Source: Antedon mediterranea
Taxonomy: Eukaryota; Animalia; Echinodermata
Assembly (NCBI RefSeq): GCF_964355755.1
Contig: NC_092673.1
Location: forward strand, 36,128,473 to 36,192,472
DNA: 64,000 nucleotides
Direction of reading: 5' to 3'
The translations under genes were made by a program, and so were the position numbers. The notes under the pieces are model-generated. The model saw only the letters and a list, made by a program, of their open reading frames with translations, was not told the origin of the DNA and did no database searches. This document shows, one piece after another, positions 1 through 12,886 of this stretch (position 1 is the stretch's first letter; each line of letters starts with the position of its first letter).

Positions 1-3000
1 TGTTTGACATTATATGGATTATATGTTTTATGTTGATAGGTGTTTGACATTATATGGATTATATGTTTTATGTTGATAGGTGTTTGACATTATATGGATT
101 ATATGTTTTATGTTGATAGGTGTTTGACATTATATGGATTATATGTTTTATGTTGATAGGTGTTTGACATTATATGGATTATATGTTTTATGTTGATAGG
201 TGTTTGACATTATATGGATTATATGTTTTATGTTGATAGGTGTTTGACATTATATGCATTATATGTTTTATGTTGATAGGTGTTTGACATTATATGGATT
301 ATATGTTTTATGTTGATAGGTGTTTGACATTATATGGATTATATGTTTTATGTTGATAGGTGTTTGACATTATATGGATTATATGTTTTATGTTGATAGG
401 TGTTTGACATTATATGGATTATATGTTTTATGTTGATAGGTGTTTGACATTATATGGATTATATGTTTTATGTTGATAGGTGTTTGACATTATATGGATT
501 ATATGTTTTATGTTGATAGGTGTTTGACATTATATGGATTATATGTTTTATGTTGATAGGTGTTTGACATTATATGGATTATATGTTTTATGTTGATAGG
601 TGTTTGACATTATATGGATTATATGTTTTATGTTGATATGTGTTTGACATTATATGGATTATATGTTTTATGTTGATAGGTGTTTGACATTATATGGATT
701 ATATGTTTTATGTTGATAGGTGTTTGACATTATATGGATTATATGTTTTATGTTGATAGGTGTTTGACATTATATGGATTATATGTTTTATGTTGATAGG
801 TGTTTGACATTATATGGATTATATGTTTTATGTTGATAGGTGTTTGACATTATATGGATTATATGTTTTATGTTGATAGGTGTTTGACATTATATGGATT
901 ATATGTTTTATGTTGATATGTGTTTGACATTATATGGATTATATGTTTTATGTTGATAGGTGTTTGACATTATATGGATTATATGTTTTATGTTGATAGG
1001 TGTTTGACATTATATGGATTATATGTTTTATGTTGATAGGTGTTTGACATTATATGCATTATATGTTTTATGTTGATAGGTGTTTGACATTATATGGATT
1101 ATATGTTTTATGTTGATAGGTGTTTGACATTATATGGATTATATGTTTTATGTTGATAGGTGTTTGACATTATATGCATTATATGTTTTATGTTGATAGG
1201 TGTTTGACATTATATGGATTATATGTTTTATGTTGATAGGTGTTTGACATTATATGGATTATATGTTTTATGTTGATAGGTGTTTGACATTATATGGATT
1301 ATATGTTTTATGTTGATAGGTGTTTGACATTATATGGATTATATGTTTTATGTTGATAGGTGTTTGACATTATATGGATTATATGTTTTATGTTGATAGG
1401 TGTTTGACATTATATGGATTATATGTTTTATGTTGATAGGTGTTTGACATTATATGCATTATATGTTTTATGTTGATAGGTGTTTGACATTATATGGATT
1501 ATATGTTTTATGTTGATAGGTGTTTGACATTATATGGATTATATGTTTTATGTTGATAGGTGTTTGACATTATATGGATTATATGTTTTATGTTGATAGG
1601 TGTTTGACATTATATGGATTATATGTTTTATGTTGATAGGTGTTTGACATTATATGGATTATATGTTTTATGTTGATAGGTGTTTGACATTATATGGATT
1701 ATATGTTTTATGTTGATAGGTGTTTGACATTATATGGATTATATGTTTTATGTTGATAGGTGTTTGACATTATATGGATTATATGTTTTATGTTGATAGG
1801 TGTTTGACATTATATGGATTATATGTTTTATGTTGATATGTGTTTGACATTATATGGATTATATGTTTTATGTTGATAGGTGTTTGACATTATATGGATT
1901 ATATGTTTTATGTTGATAGGTGTTTGACATTATATGGATTATATGTTTTATGTTGATAGGTGTTTGACATTATATGGATTATATGTTTTATGTTGATAGG
2001 TGTTTGACATTATATGGATTATATGTTTTATGTTGATAGGTGTTTGACATTATATGGATTATATGTTTTATGTTGATAGGTGTTTGACATTATATGGATT
2101 ATATGTTTTATGTTGATAGGTGTTTGACATTATATGGATTATATGTTTTATGTTGATAGGTGTTTGACATTATATGGATTATATGTTTTATGTTGATAGG
2201 TGTTTGACATTATATGGATTATATGTTTTATGTTGATATGTGTTTGACATTATATGGATTATATGTTTTATGTTGATAGGTGTTTGACATTATATGGATT
2301 ATATGTTTTATGTTGATAGGTGTTTGACATTATATGGATTATATGTTTTATGTTGATAGGTGTTTGACATTATATGGATTATATGTTTTATGTTGATATG
2401 TGTTTGACATTATAATGACATTATATGTTTTATGTTGATAGGTGTTTGACATTATATGGATTATATGTTTTATGTTGATAGGTGTTTGACATTATATGGA
2501 TTATATGTTTTATGTTGATAGGTGTTTGACATTATATGGATTATATGTTTTATGTTGATAGGTGTTTGACATTATATGGATTATATGTTTTATGTTGATA
2601 GGTGTTTGACATTATATGGATTATATGTTTTATGTTGATAGGTGTTTGACATTATATGGATTATATGTTTTATGTTGATAGGTGTTTGACATTATATGGA
2701 TTATATGTTTTATGTTGATAGGTGTTTGACATTATATGGATTATATGTTTTATGTTGATAGGTGTTTGACATATGGATTATATGTTTTATGTTGATAGGT
2801 GTTTGACATTATATGGATTATATGTTTTATGTTGATAGGTGTTTGACATTATATGGATTATATGTTTTATGTTGATAGGTGTTTGACATTATATGGATTA
2901 TATGTTTTATGTTGATAGGTGTTTGACATTATATGGATTATATGTTTTATGTTGATAGGTGTTTGACATTATATGCATTATATGTTTTATGTTGATAGGT

Positions 3001-4125
3001 GTTTGACATTATATGGATTATATGTTTTATGTTGATAGGTGTTTGACATTATATGGATTATATGTTTTATGTTGATAGGTGTTTGACATTATATGGATTA
3101 TATGTTTTATGTTGATAGGTGTTTGACATTATATGGATTATATGTTTTATGTTGATAGGTGTTTGACATTATATGGATTATATGTTTTATGTTGATAGGT
3201 GTTTGACATTATATGGATTATATGTTTTATGTTGATAGGTGTTTGACATTATATGCATTATATGTTTTATGTTGATAGGTGTTTGACATTATATGGATTA
3301 TATGTTTTATGTTGATAGGTGTTTGACATTATATGCATTATATGTTTTATGTTGATAGGTGTTTGACATTATATGGATTATATGTTTTATGTTGATAGGT
3401 GTTTGACATTATATGGATTATATGTTTTATGTTGATAGGTGTTTGACATTATATGGATTATATGTTTTATGTTGATAGGTGTTTGACATTATATGGATTA
3501 TATGTTTTATGTTGATAGGTGTTTGACATTATATGGATTATATGTTTTATGTTGATAGGTGTTTGACATTATATGGATTATATGTTTTATGTTGATAGGT
3601 GTTTGACATTATATGGATTATATGTTTTATGTTGATAGGTGTTTGACATTATATGGATTATATGTTTTATGTTGATAGGTGTTTGACATTATATGCATTA
3701 TATGTTTTATGTTGATAGGTGTTTGACATTATATGCATTATATGTTTTATGTTGATAGGTGTTTGACATTATATGGATTATATGTTTTATGTTGATAGGT
3801 GTTTGACATTATATGGATTATATGTTTTATGTTGATAGGTGTTTGACATTATATGGATTATATGTTTTATGTTGATAGGTGTTTGACATTATATGGATTA
3901 TATGTTTTATGTTGATATGTGTTTGACATTATATGGATTATATGTTTTATGTTGATAGGTGTTTGACATTATATGGATTATATGTTTTATGTTGATAGGT
4001 GTTTGACATTATATGGATTATATGTTTTATGTTGATAGGTGTTTGACATTATATGGATTATATGTTTTATGTTGATAGGTGTTTGACATTATATGCATTA
4101 TATGTTTTATGTTGATAGGTGTTTG
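1..4125 (+). repeat. 40-bp tandem array (~103 copies, runs off the window start) in a MAK16 intron; the unit contains the MAK16 3' splice site plus the first 7 exon bases
   Basis: Unit TGTTTGACATTATATGGATTATATGTTTTATGTTGATAGG, with sporadic variants (GCATT, GATATG) and small indels near 2415 and 2772. The last copy runs directly into the coding exon at 4119. Confidence 0.98.
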
Positions 4126-5377
4126 CTTTTTGTACATGAAAACAATAGAGAGAGCAGCATTTCCATCAAAGTTATGGGAAAAGGTTAAGTTATCAAAGAA
4201 TTATGAGAAGGCCTTACAACAAATAGATGATCAGCTACGATACTGGCCAAATTTCATCAAACACAAGTGTAAACAGCGTTTTACGAAAATCACACAATAC
4301 TTGATACGTATGAGAAAACTTGTTTTAAAAAGACAGTAAGTTAAAATTGGATCAAACTGAACAGAAAATGATGTGCAAATTTCAATGGTATAATAGCAAA
4401 AAATTAGAATTAGTAACAACATGTAATAATATATATGATAAATAACATTTAGGTTGTCTATAAAGCTAAATATAGTCAGCCCAATTAAAACCAAGCATGT
4501 ACTGTAGTCCATATCATAATATAATACATTTTGTCGAGTTCACATGATTTCAGATATTTTGATATTTTTACAGGAGAAAACTTGTTCCAATAAGCCGTAA
4601 AGTAGAAAGACGAGAGGAACGTAGGGAACAAAAGGCTTTGGTTGCAGCACAGCTTGATAATGCTATTGAGAAAGAGCTCTTGGAACGACTTAAAAAAGGA
4701 ACTGTGAGTATTATTGTTCCGTGTGTAGGCCTGCTTTTTATATTTCACATAGAACACCATGTATATGTGTGACTGGTCTTTTTTTGCAGTATGGCGATAT
4801 ATACAATTTCCCAGCACATGCATTTGATAAGGCGTTAGATGCTCAGGAAGAAGATGAAAGTGAAGTGGAAGGAGAACAAGAAGAAGAATATGAGGAAGAG
4901 GTAATGTCATTTAATCGCCTTTCTTGGATCTTTACACCTGAATATATGTTTGATAGTGTTAAGAAATTAGAAAAGTTGAGTTGGATTAACATTGATAAAA
5001 ATGCTTGTTACTTTAGGAACCTGAAGTAGAATATGTGGCAGAAGGTGACTTTGAAGAAAGTGATTTAAGTGACTTTGAGGTGAGTTGGAACACATGATAT
5101 AATAATAATCATTTTATTATTAATTTGTTATGTAAGTAGATGCAGATGCATTTGGTATTTAAAAGTATATTCAATTTGTGCATAAATCAATATTTGTATT
5201 TTTTTGCAGGAGATGGACAAACTCCACAACATAAGCGATGATAATTCAAGTAGTTCAGATGAAGAGCAAAAGAAAAGTGTGAAAAAAATGTTCAAAAAGA
5301 AAAGACCACGAGTTGAAATAGAATATGAAAAAGAACTTGATCAGCCATCAACATCAAAACTAACTCTAAAATCATGA
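4119..5377 (+). CDS. MAK16: MAK16 homolog (60S ribosome biogenesis), 3' exons 4119-4335, 4574-4703, 4790-4900, 5017-5079, 5210-5377; 5' exons lie upstream of the window
   Basis: Translation [29 protein letters not shown]...[19 protein letters not shown]...[21 protein letters not shown]...acidic tail...RVEIEYE matches MAK16. GT-AG junctions are phase-consistent; stop TGA at 5375-5377; AATAAA at ~5572. Confidence 0.96.
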
Positions 5378-5878
5378 ACATTTATTAAATACTGTAGTTG
5401 ATATTAGTTAATACAATGGCATCGATTGTGAGTATTTTGAGTGTTCCAACTTCCATGTTCATAAACCAATCTGTATTGTGAAAATCAATGTAATCTAAGT
5501 CTAATTTCTTTAGTCCAGACCCTTTTCTTTTGTTGAAATTACTCCCATTTGACCATGAATCTTAATTTTTCAATAAAATAATTTAAGTACAGCATTACAC
5601 ATGTTGCATACCATAATTAAAGTTAGCAGGATGGGGACGAAAGCAAAGATGAATTGTTCATATAATTGTAGCTTTTCTCGTAAAGATCTTATCAAGGCTG
5701 ATTGACAAGTCTGACTTATCTTTTTTGATATTAAAAAACAAAGTAGTGTACTGTATTTGCTACCGCCCTCTACAATTAAATAAGTGAACCATCGCTCGTA
5801 CGACGCGTCTCTCGAGAGCTGATGAGAGGAGAGAGAGAGCTGAGAGAGAGAGGGGGATGTTGATGAACAGTCAAGAAT

Positions 5879-8815
5879 ATGGCGGAGGCGAATACATTGA
5901 GTGATCAGTCTCCGACAAAATCAACGGTTGCTGGTGTAGTAAAGAGAGAAGGTAGAATTTATTATTTATGGTTAATTATTTAACAATTAAGGATACTGTA
6001 GCTCAGTTTTATTCGCCAAGGCTTAATCTGGCTATTCATTTTTAAAGATACCAGCTAGGCCAAGGCTATCGCGCCTAGACTAGTAGGAGGGCTAGGCTAG
6101 TTAGGCCAAGGTGCCTAGCTAGCGGGGAGTATGATCGGTTGAGCCGCCGGTAATTTCTATGAAACGCCCAGTGCGTCTTTTAGGACATTTCGCGTAGTGA
6201 TTAGAGTGGTTAGTAGTGTCCTAGTAGTACATAAGTTCATGCTTTAGGTTTGTTGTGTCATGAAAATAAATTACATGTTTATGTCATTTTTGGCTAAAAA
6301 CTATCATTTTTGGTGATGTTTTAGACCTTATATTTTGGAATCTACATACAAGTCAGATTTGTAATTGTAATATTTAATAATATATACTAAAATCATGATA
6401 TATAAACTTTTGAATATAGAACTTCTATTGAATAGAAACAAGCACCGGCGTTTCATAGAAAATAACGTTTTTATGGCGGCGGCTCAACTTGGCCTAATCT
6501 GGGCCTAGCCTAGTAGGCCTTGCTAGTATTTTTTGTTGTTTAAAAAGACCCACCACATTCACCGGGGAAATCCCGCTTTTTACCCTCGGGCCTGGCTAGC
6601 TACCTACTTGCTAAGTAGGCTAGAGTAATGGTGGTACCGTAGTATTGAGTATGATCCATGATGGGTCATGATGGTATGCCTAGCCTAGTAGGCCTAGTCT
6701 AGTGTAGTATTAGGCCTAGTGTAGTAGGCTCAGCCTAGGCCAGGTAGAAATTTAAAGCTCTAGGACAGGTTAGACTTTAATAATTAGTGTTCAGTCAGTG
6801 TAGAGTAGAGTAAGCGGCTACAATACATACAGCTGCCCATCTATATATATTTTTAATTATGATATTGGATAACTAACACCCAAACAACAATTATTGGCTC
6901 TTCCTCTACTAAACCTCTCCTAGATGCTACTCTTAATTTTTTATTATTTTAAGACAATACGCCATTTTCACAAAAAGAATGACATCTTTGATCGATGACA
7001 TACAATGCTTAGTCTTAATATTAGTAAAAGAGATAAATATTTTGGCACATATGGCGTTTCATACGTATACTACTTGATTTTAGATACTCCGTTTGGGAAA
7101 ACACGTACAAATCACATGGTTTGACACCAAGAATCCTTGGTGCATACGATTATCCAGTTGACTAGTTTCAGCCACATGCCATTGGCTACTCACTCGTATG
7201 CAGTTTTAATATTCATATTTCAGAATTTCAAAGACTCAACAACTAAGACGATGCGCATGCGCTATGTTACGTTTAGACAGTATGTGTTGGGTACATTGAT
7301 GAACGTTTCTAAAGGCTAGAAATGATTGATCGGATTTTTCCCAAGAACATGAAAACTCGTCTAAATATGATAGGCTGCCTTCTCCGCAAATCAAACATTG
7401 AATGGATCATTTATTATGTGGAGATAATTTGATTTAATTCCCACCCAGCCCAGACCCTGTCCCTGTGTGGTAGGTGTGTAGCTCTGTTGTGTACCGCTGG
7501 TGGTATGTACCTTATTGGCTTTTTATTTGGCAGGTCATACGTACCAGTTGAGTAGGCCTACGAAGGAAGCCTAGGCCAGGACTAAACAATTAGGCCTAAT
7601 AAACAAAACAACTTGGCAACACGATTTTATATTTTAACAGTTGTTCAGTCTCGATCGTACATTCAGCACTGTACGTACTCAATCTTTTTCATTTTGAAAC
7701 AAAATGATCATTGGTTGATTCGAAATCCATACATACCGCCCGCCCCATATAGCCAAATACGGTAACGATAACTTAGGTCTTTCTTATCGGATGTTTGCAG
7801 TCTGCAAATCGATTTCTATATGTGTTTCACAAGTCAGTATTTTCAGACAAAAATCGAAATAAAAACAAATAAATAAAATAATTTGTTTTTACTTAAGAAC
7901 ATTTTAAATACAGTAATTTGTTTTCTCATAAGACCCTCTGTACAGGAATTTTTAAATTAACATGGTGTCCTGAAATTTCCTGAAAACGCTGTTGGTTACG
8001 CTTCTCGATTGAATATGTAGTGCTAACTACCAGCAGCAGCTATTAATAATGGTCGTACCACGGTATCTGAAACAGGGAAGCGAGGCTGTACTTCTTGATT
8101 TTGCACAAATCTGAGTCCAATTTTATTATTTATTATTATTTTGCCATATTTATAAATATAAATTGTTTTTATAAAACAGACATATATATGTATATATACC
8201 GTTAAAATGTTATTTTTATTAAATAATCCAATGTTAGGTAAGAAAGGTCGACTACGAACTACGTCCAAGGTTCGCTTTCCAGAAGATGTGCACGAACCAG
8301 ATATTTTAGTATCCCGAGAGAATAATGGTGCAATCGATATAAATGTGGGTTTTTTACTAAGTCAACACAAGTATGAAGCTAGTTTTACTATAGAAGATTC
8401 TATTAAAGATGATATTGAAGTGCCTACAGATCAACAAATATTGCTCAGAGTTCGTAATATCTATACATCTCAAAATGGTATGCACTTGTTTTATTTATTT
8501 CCCTTTATGTGTTTTGTTTTTAATTAGTTTTCTGTCTACTTCATGTCTAGTTCAGATGGTCAGTATGAACCGGACATGGTTGCCAACATGATTGCTCACT
8601 ACTTTGCGTATTTTATCCGTTTATTTTATATTGACACTGATAGATTCGTCTATTTGTTATTTAAATATTTTTATATAGTTTATTATATATCATTGTTGTT
8701 ACTTTGGGAGTACGGAACCTGAACTCTTGTTATAGTGATTAGGTTCACTTTTAGGTTCCTACCTACTCCCTTAGTTTCTGTGTTTTTGTTTGTTTGTAAC
8801 TGGTTTTTGGCAATA

Positions 8816-8848
<33 letters not shown>

Positions 8849-11800
8849 TTCATTAAATTGTATCCAACAAAAGAATCGCTTGGCAAAAATGATACGTCAA
8901 ACATCTCTGGTTTCCTTAAATATAAAAAAAAAGTTGGGTCCTGATGCAAATGAATATCTCGACCTGAAATATGGCAAACTAAGTTTTAATGTCACTCCTG
9001 CCAGCCTCAAATAAATAATGTCTGCATCCAGTAAAAACATCTCAGCTAAGATGCCAGTAAAGCGTGGTTTCCAGTCGACGTAAGACTTGCTTCCGCTTAC
9101 GATTGCGTCGTTTTCTTACGATTACGCTTGCGTTCCGATCAGTTGACCAAAAACTAACGTCGACACAAAATTGTCATAATCACGTTGGACCGCACAAATT
9201 TAGATTATTACATGTGCTGATTCCGTCGTTATGAAAGTTGAATTTATCGCAAAGTCTGTCCTTCTTGCCCTTACGTCGAGTTGAAATTTTTCCTTGCGAT
9301 TACAACACATATGACGTGATAACAAGAAATGATTTCTGATTGGCTCATAAATTCCGCGCGAATAGAGGAGGCCATTTTCTAAAACATAAACAGTGCAGTG
9401 AGGCTATGACGTATTTTTTTACATAATCTTAATTAAAATGTTTATCAGTTCTTCTTTTGATAAGTTGCCGACAAATTTAATCTTTTTATTCTGAGAATTA
9501 TTTTATGAGCGGCTTAAACAATCCCATGATTTTACCCACCCAGGAGAGCTTGTTTATCGGAGTTTTACTTTTGTGTCTGCCGCCTTTTGTTTTGATTTTC
9601 TTTGTACCACCCTGCATGGCTTATTGTTTATGATTAGACTGTTGTTATAATTGTCTGTTCTTCGAATTATTTTTTATTCCTGATGATGATGATCTTTATT
9701 TGATGAACGTTGAATATCATGACTTGCCTACGATGTTGTTTATATACAGTACAGTTTATCTATTAGGTTTTTTTTACCCGGTTTTCATTTCTTTTTTTTA
9801 TAAATAGATAATTCAAATGATGTAGGCTAATAATTATTTATTTTCATCATCAAATTATCATATGCCTATAAATTATGTTTAGATTCAAGCAAACACTACG
9901 GTGAATTTAATAAATATATATTATTAATTTATTACCCAACATACCTTCATCATACAATTAAAACAAAATCATTACGTAATTTTTCCCCACCTACTTTTGA
10001 ATGCAAACTATATGCCAGGTGAAACGTATTGTTATCCTGATGATCCTGATGATGACACTGTTCTCTAACATTTTATTATTATTAATTTAGTCTGTCTGTG
10101 TGTATTATTTTTACCCATTATATCGTATTTTTACTATGTTTATATAATTATAATAAGTAACAAGCAAGACAATTTTGTATAGTTCTCACATCCATTTTGT
10201 ATTTCATCCACCTAAATTATTACATTCTATCACGAATTGAACAACATCGTGGTTCAGGTTTATTTACGTATCATTTATTGTCAACAATTCTTATATACGG
10301 TACTTTCTACTTTCTTTCACCTTTCTAAGCTTTGACCTTCTTGCCAACGTCACATAATCCTCGTCACTGATTAGCTGGTTCTTACGATCCTTGCGCTTAC
10401 TCTTACAAAAGTTGACTTCAAGCGTAAGCGGAAGGGTATAAAATCGCATCGTAAGACATGTTCATCCAGAAATTCACCGGTTTCCTGTCGAATCGTCGAA
10501 TATCGACGTAACAGACGGAAGCTTCAGTCATTGGTTTCCTGTCAAACACTTGTACTACGGCGATTTCTACTTGCGTTATGTCGTTTTGACATTTAGCTTT
10601 TTTCAACCGGTTTCCTGTCGATTTTCAATTTCCAATGTAAAAACGACGCAATCGTAAGAAATTCTAATTTATTAATTTTCTTACTTAACTAGTTTGTTTT
10701 GCAGTGTATTAATATGTTAAAACTAAAACATTGAGACTGAATGAAAATTATAATTTAAAAAAAAGTGTATCATAGGGCAGCCTTTATTTTTTGGATCATA
10801 AATAAAGTGTATCATAGGGCAGCCTTTATTTTTGGATCATAAACAAAGTGTATCATAGGGCAGCCTTTATTTTTGGATCATAAACAAAGTGTATCATAGG
10901 GCAGCCTTTATTTTTGGATCATAAATAAAGTGTATCATAGGGCAGCCTTTATTTTTAGATCATAAACAAAGTGTATCATAAGGTAGCCTTTATTTTTGGA
11001 TCATAAATAAAGTGTATCATAGCAGGGCAGCCTTTATTTTTGGATCATAAATACACATGAAATGCAAAAGATGTATGTCTGATATTTTCTTTTGGAAGAT
11101 TTATAAATTGTTTATTAAAACAAAATCAAGTTGATTCTCATACTTTCCTTTGCCATGTAGCACAACACAATATATCGTATAATAATTCTACAGTAAAAAG
11201 GCAATGTTTTCTGTCCACTGCCTCATGGTAATTTATACTGATAGTAATTCATAAATGAATTTGATTAATATACTAAATGCATAAATACATAACCAAGTAC
11301 TGTACAGTGTCATAGTTGATAAAACATGTATTGAATATACATGTATACTTATACTATTTTGGATAGCATATTTAGATGTGTTGATATAGTTTGGTTCTTA
11401 TTCTTTATAATTTTGTTTTCTTTTTGTTGCCATTATTGGTCGTTGCCATTATTTGTTTATGACCTAGTGGGGAAATTGGCTTTGCATGCTATATGTGGTT
11501 AGTACGTACCAAAATGTACGAATATATTCACATCATGTAGACTAATTATTCCAAAATTGTATTTTGCTCTAGGATGTGGACACGATATTGTAATGGAGAT
11601 CCACGCTCATAAAGAGGGAGTATGGTCTGAACAGATTCAGTTATCAAGCAAATTGGACAACAACAACAAAGTGATCTTAGTTGTTCATGCAAGAGTCATG
11701 GGTATATATCTTTTTATATCAATATACTGTATCTTTTTATATCAATATATTTTTAATATGAACACTTTTTTAATCAACAAATAAAACAAAGCAGACTATT

Positions 11801-11970
11801 ACTACTTCTATTATAATTTGATAAAAATGAACCATTATTTACATTTGTGAATAGATAAAGAGCAAGGCCATCCGTTATTAAAAGAGGGTATTCACTGTTT
11901 AGGATTGTTAAACCCAATAGCAGAAGCTGGGTCAGCATCTGAAGACAGTGACTGGAAGGGCTTTGAGTGA
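5879..11970 (+). CDS. ADISSP: ADISSP / C20orf27 (UPF0687) homolog; exons 5879-5951, 8238-8477, 11573-11701, 11855-11970
   Basis: Motifs KVRFPED..VGFL..HKYE.SF, AHKEGV..E.I.L, V.VHARVMDKEQGHPLLKEGIHCLG and C-terminal SDWKGFE* parallel human C20orf27 (VGFL..HRYEITF, AHKEGVLKEEILL, VQARVMDRHHGTPMLLDGVKC, SDWHGFD). All junctions are phase 1. Exon 1 and the exact exon-2 acceptor are less certain. Confidence 0.88.
6125..6496. mobile_element. MITE-like non-autonomous DNA element (family shared with 37481-38311)
   Basis: Subterminal inverted repeats GTTGAGCCGCCG...CGGCGGCTCAAC and TTTCTATGAAACGCC/GGCGTTTCATAGAAA. The internal sequence matches 37481-38311 in reverse orientation. Confidence 0.8.
9058..10660. 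mobile_element. Degenerate non-autonomous TIR DNA transposon (possibly Harbinger-like)
   Basis: CTTACGATTGCGTCGTTTT (~9096-9114) is inverted at ~10640-10658. GGTTTCC(A/T)GTCG motifs recur and the ends are CpG-rich in an AT-rich intron. No transposase ORF is seen. Confidence 0.6.
10762..11052. repeat. 41-bp minisatellite, ~7 copies
   Basis: Unit AAAGTGTATCATAGGGCAGCCTTTATTTTTGGATCATAAA(T/C). Confidence 0.95.
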
Positions 11971-12198
11971 AATCAACACAACCAGATAATACAGGCCTAG
12001 CTATGTTGTAATATGACAATAATGGACGTCAGTAGCAGTCTTTACTAATTCATTATTGTCTGAATTACATTCCAAGACATTTTATTATGTTAAATTAATT
12101 AGTACAGACAGTTTTAGTAGGAATGTGAATAGTGGATGTACTATCAGGTTTGATTCAGATTTTATTTGTCCCAGAAAGTGGATGATATTCATTCACAG

Positions 12199-12886
12199 TG
12201 GATACAGTAGAGTTGTATCCATGTCACCAGTGATAGTCCAGTGACATGGTGACATGGATACAGTAGAATTGTATCCATGTCACCAGTGATAGTCCAGTGA
12301 CATGGTGACATGGATACAGTGGAGTTGTATCCATGTCACCAGTGATAGTCCAGTGACATGGTGACATGGATACAGTGGAGTTGTATCCATGTCACCAGTG
12401 ATAGTCCAGTGATATGGTGACAGTAGAGTTGTATCCATGTCACCAGTGATAGTCCAGTGACATGGATACAGTAGAGTTGTATCCATGTCACCAGTGATAG
12501 TCCAGTGACATGTCACCATGGATACAGTAGAGTTGTATCCATGTCACCAGTGATAGTCCAGTGACATGTCACCATGGATACAGTAGAGTTGTATCCATGT
12601 CACCAGTGATAGTCCAGTGACATGGTGACAGTAGAGTTGTATCCATGTCACCAGTGATAGTCCAGTGACATGGATACAGTAGAGTTGTATCCATGTCACC
12701 AGTGATAGTCCAGTGACATGTCACCATGGATACAGTAGAGTTGTATCCATGTCACCAGTGATAGTCCAATGACATGGTGACATGGATGCAGTAGAGTTGT
12801 AGCCATGTCACCAGTGATAGTCCAGTGACATGGTGACATGGATACAGTAGATTTGTATCCATGTCACCAGTGATAGTCCAGTGACA
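12199..12886. repeat. ~48-57 bp hairpin-forming minisatellite, ~13 copies, just 3' of the ADISSP stop
   Basis: Core GTATCCATGTCAC-CAGTGATAGTCCA-GTGACATGGATAC (self-complementary arms) with length variants. Confidence 0.95.

Noticed and set aside
4079-4118. ORF-track N-terminus [13 protein letters not shown] of MAK16
   Set aside because: It is the last satellite unit (intron), not MAK16 coding sequence.
8815-8848. Poly-Asn / poly-Leu ORFs
   Set aside because: An intronic (AAT)n microsatellite.
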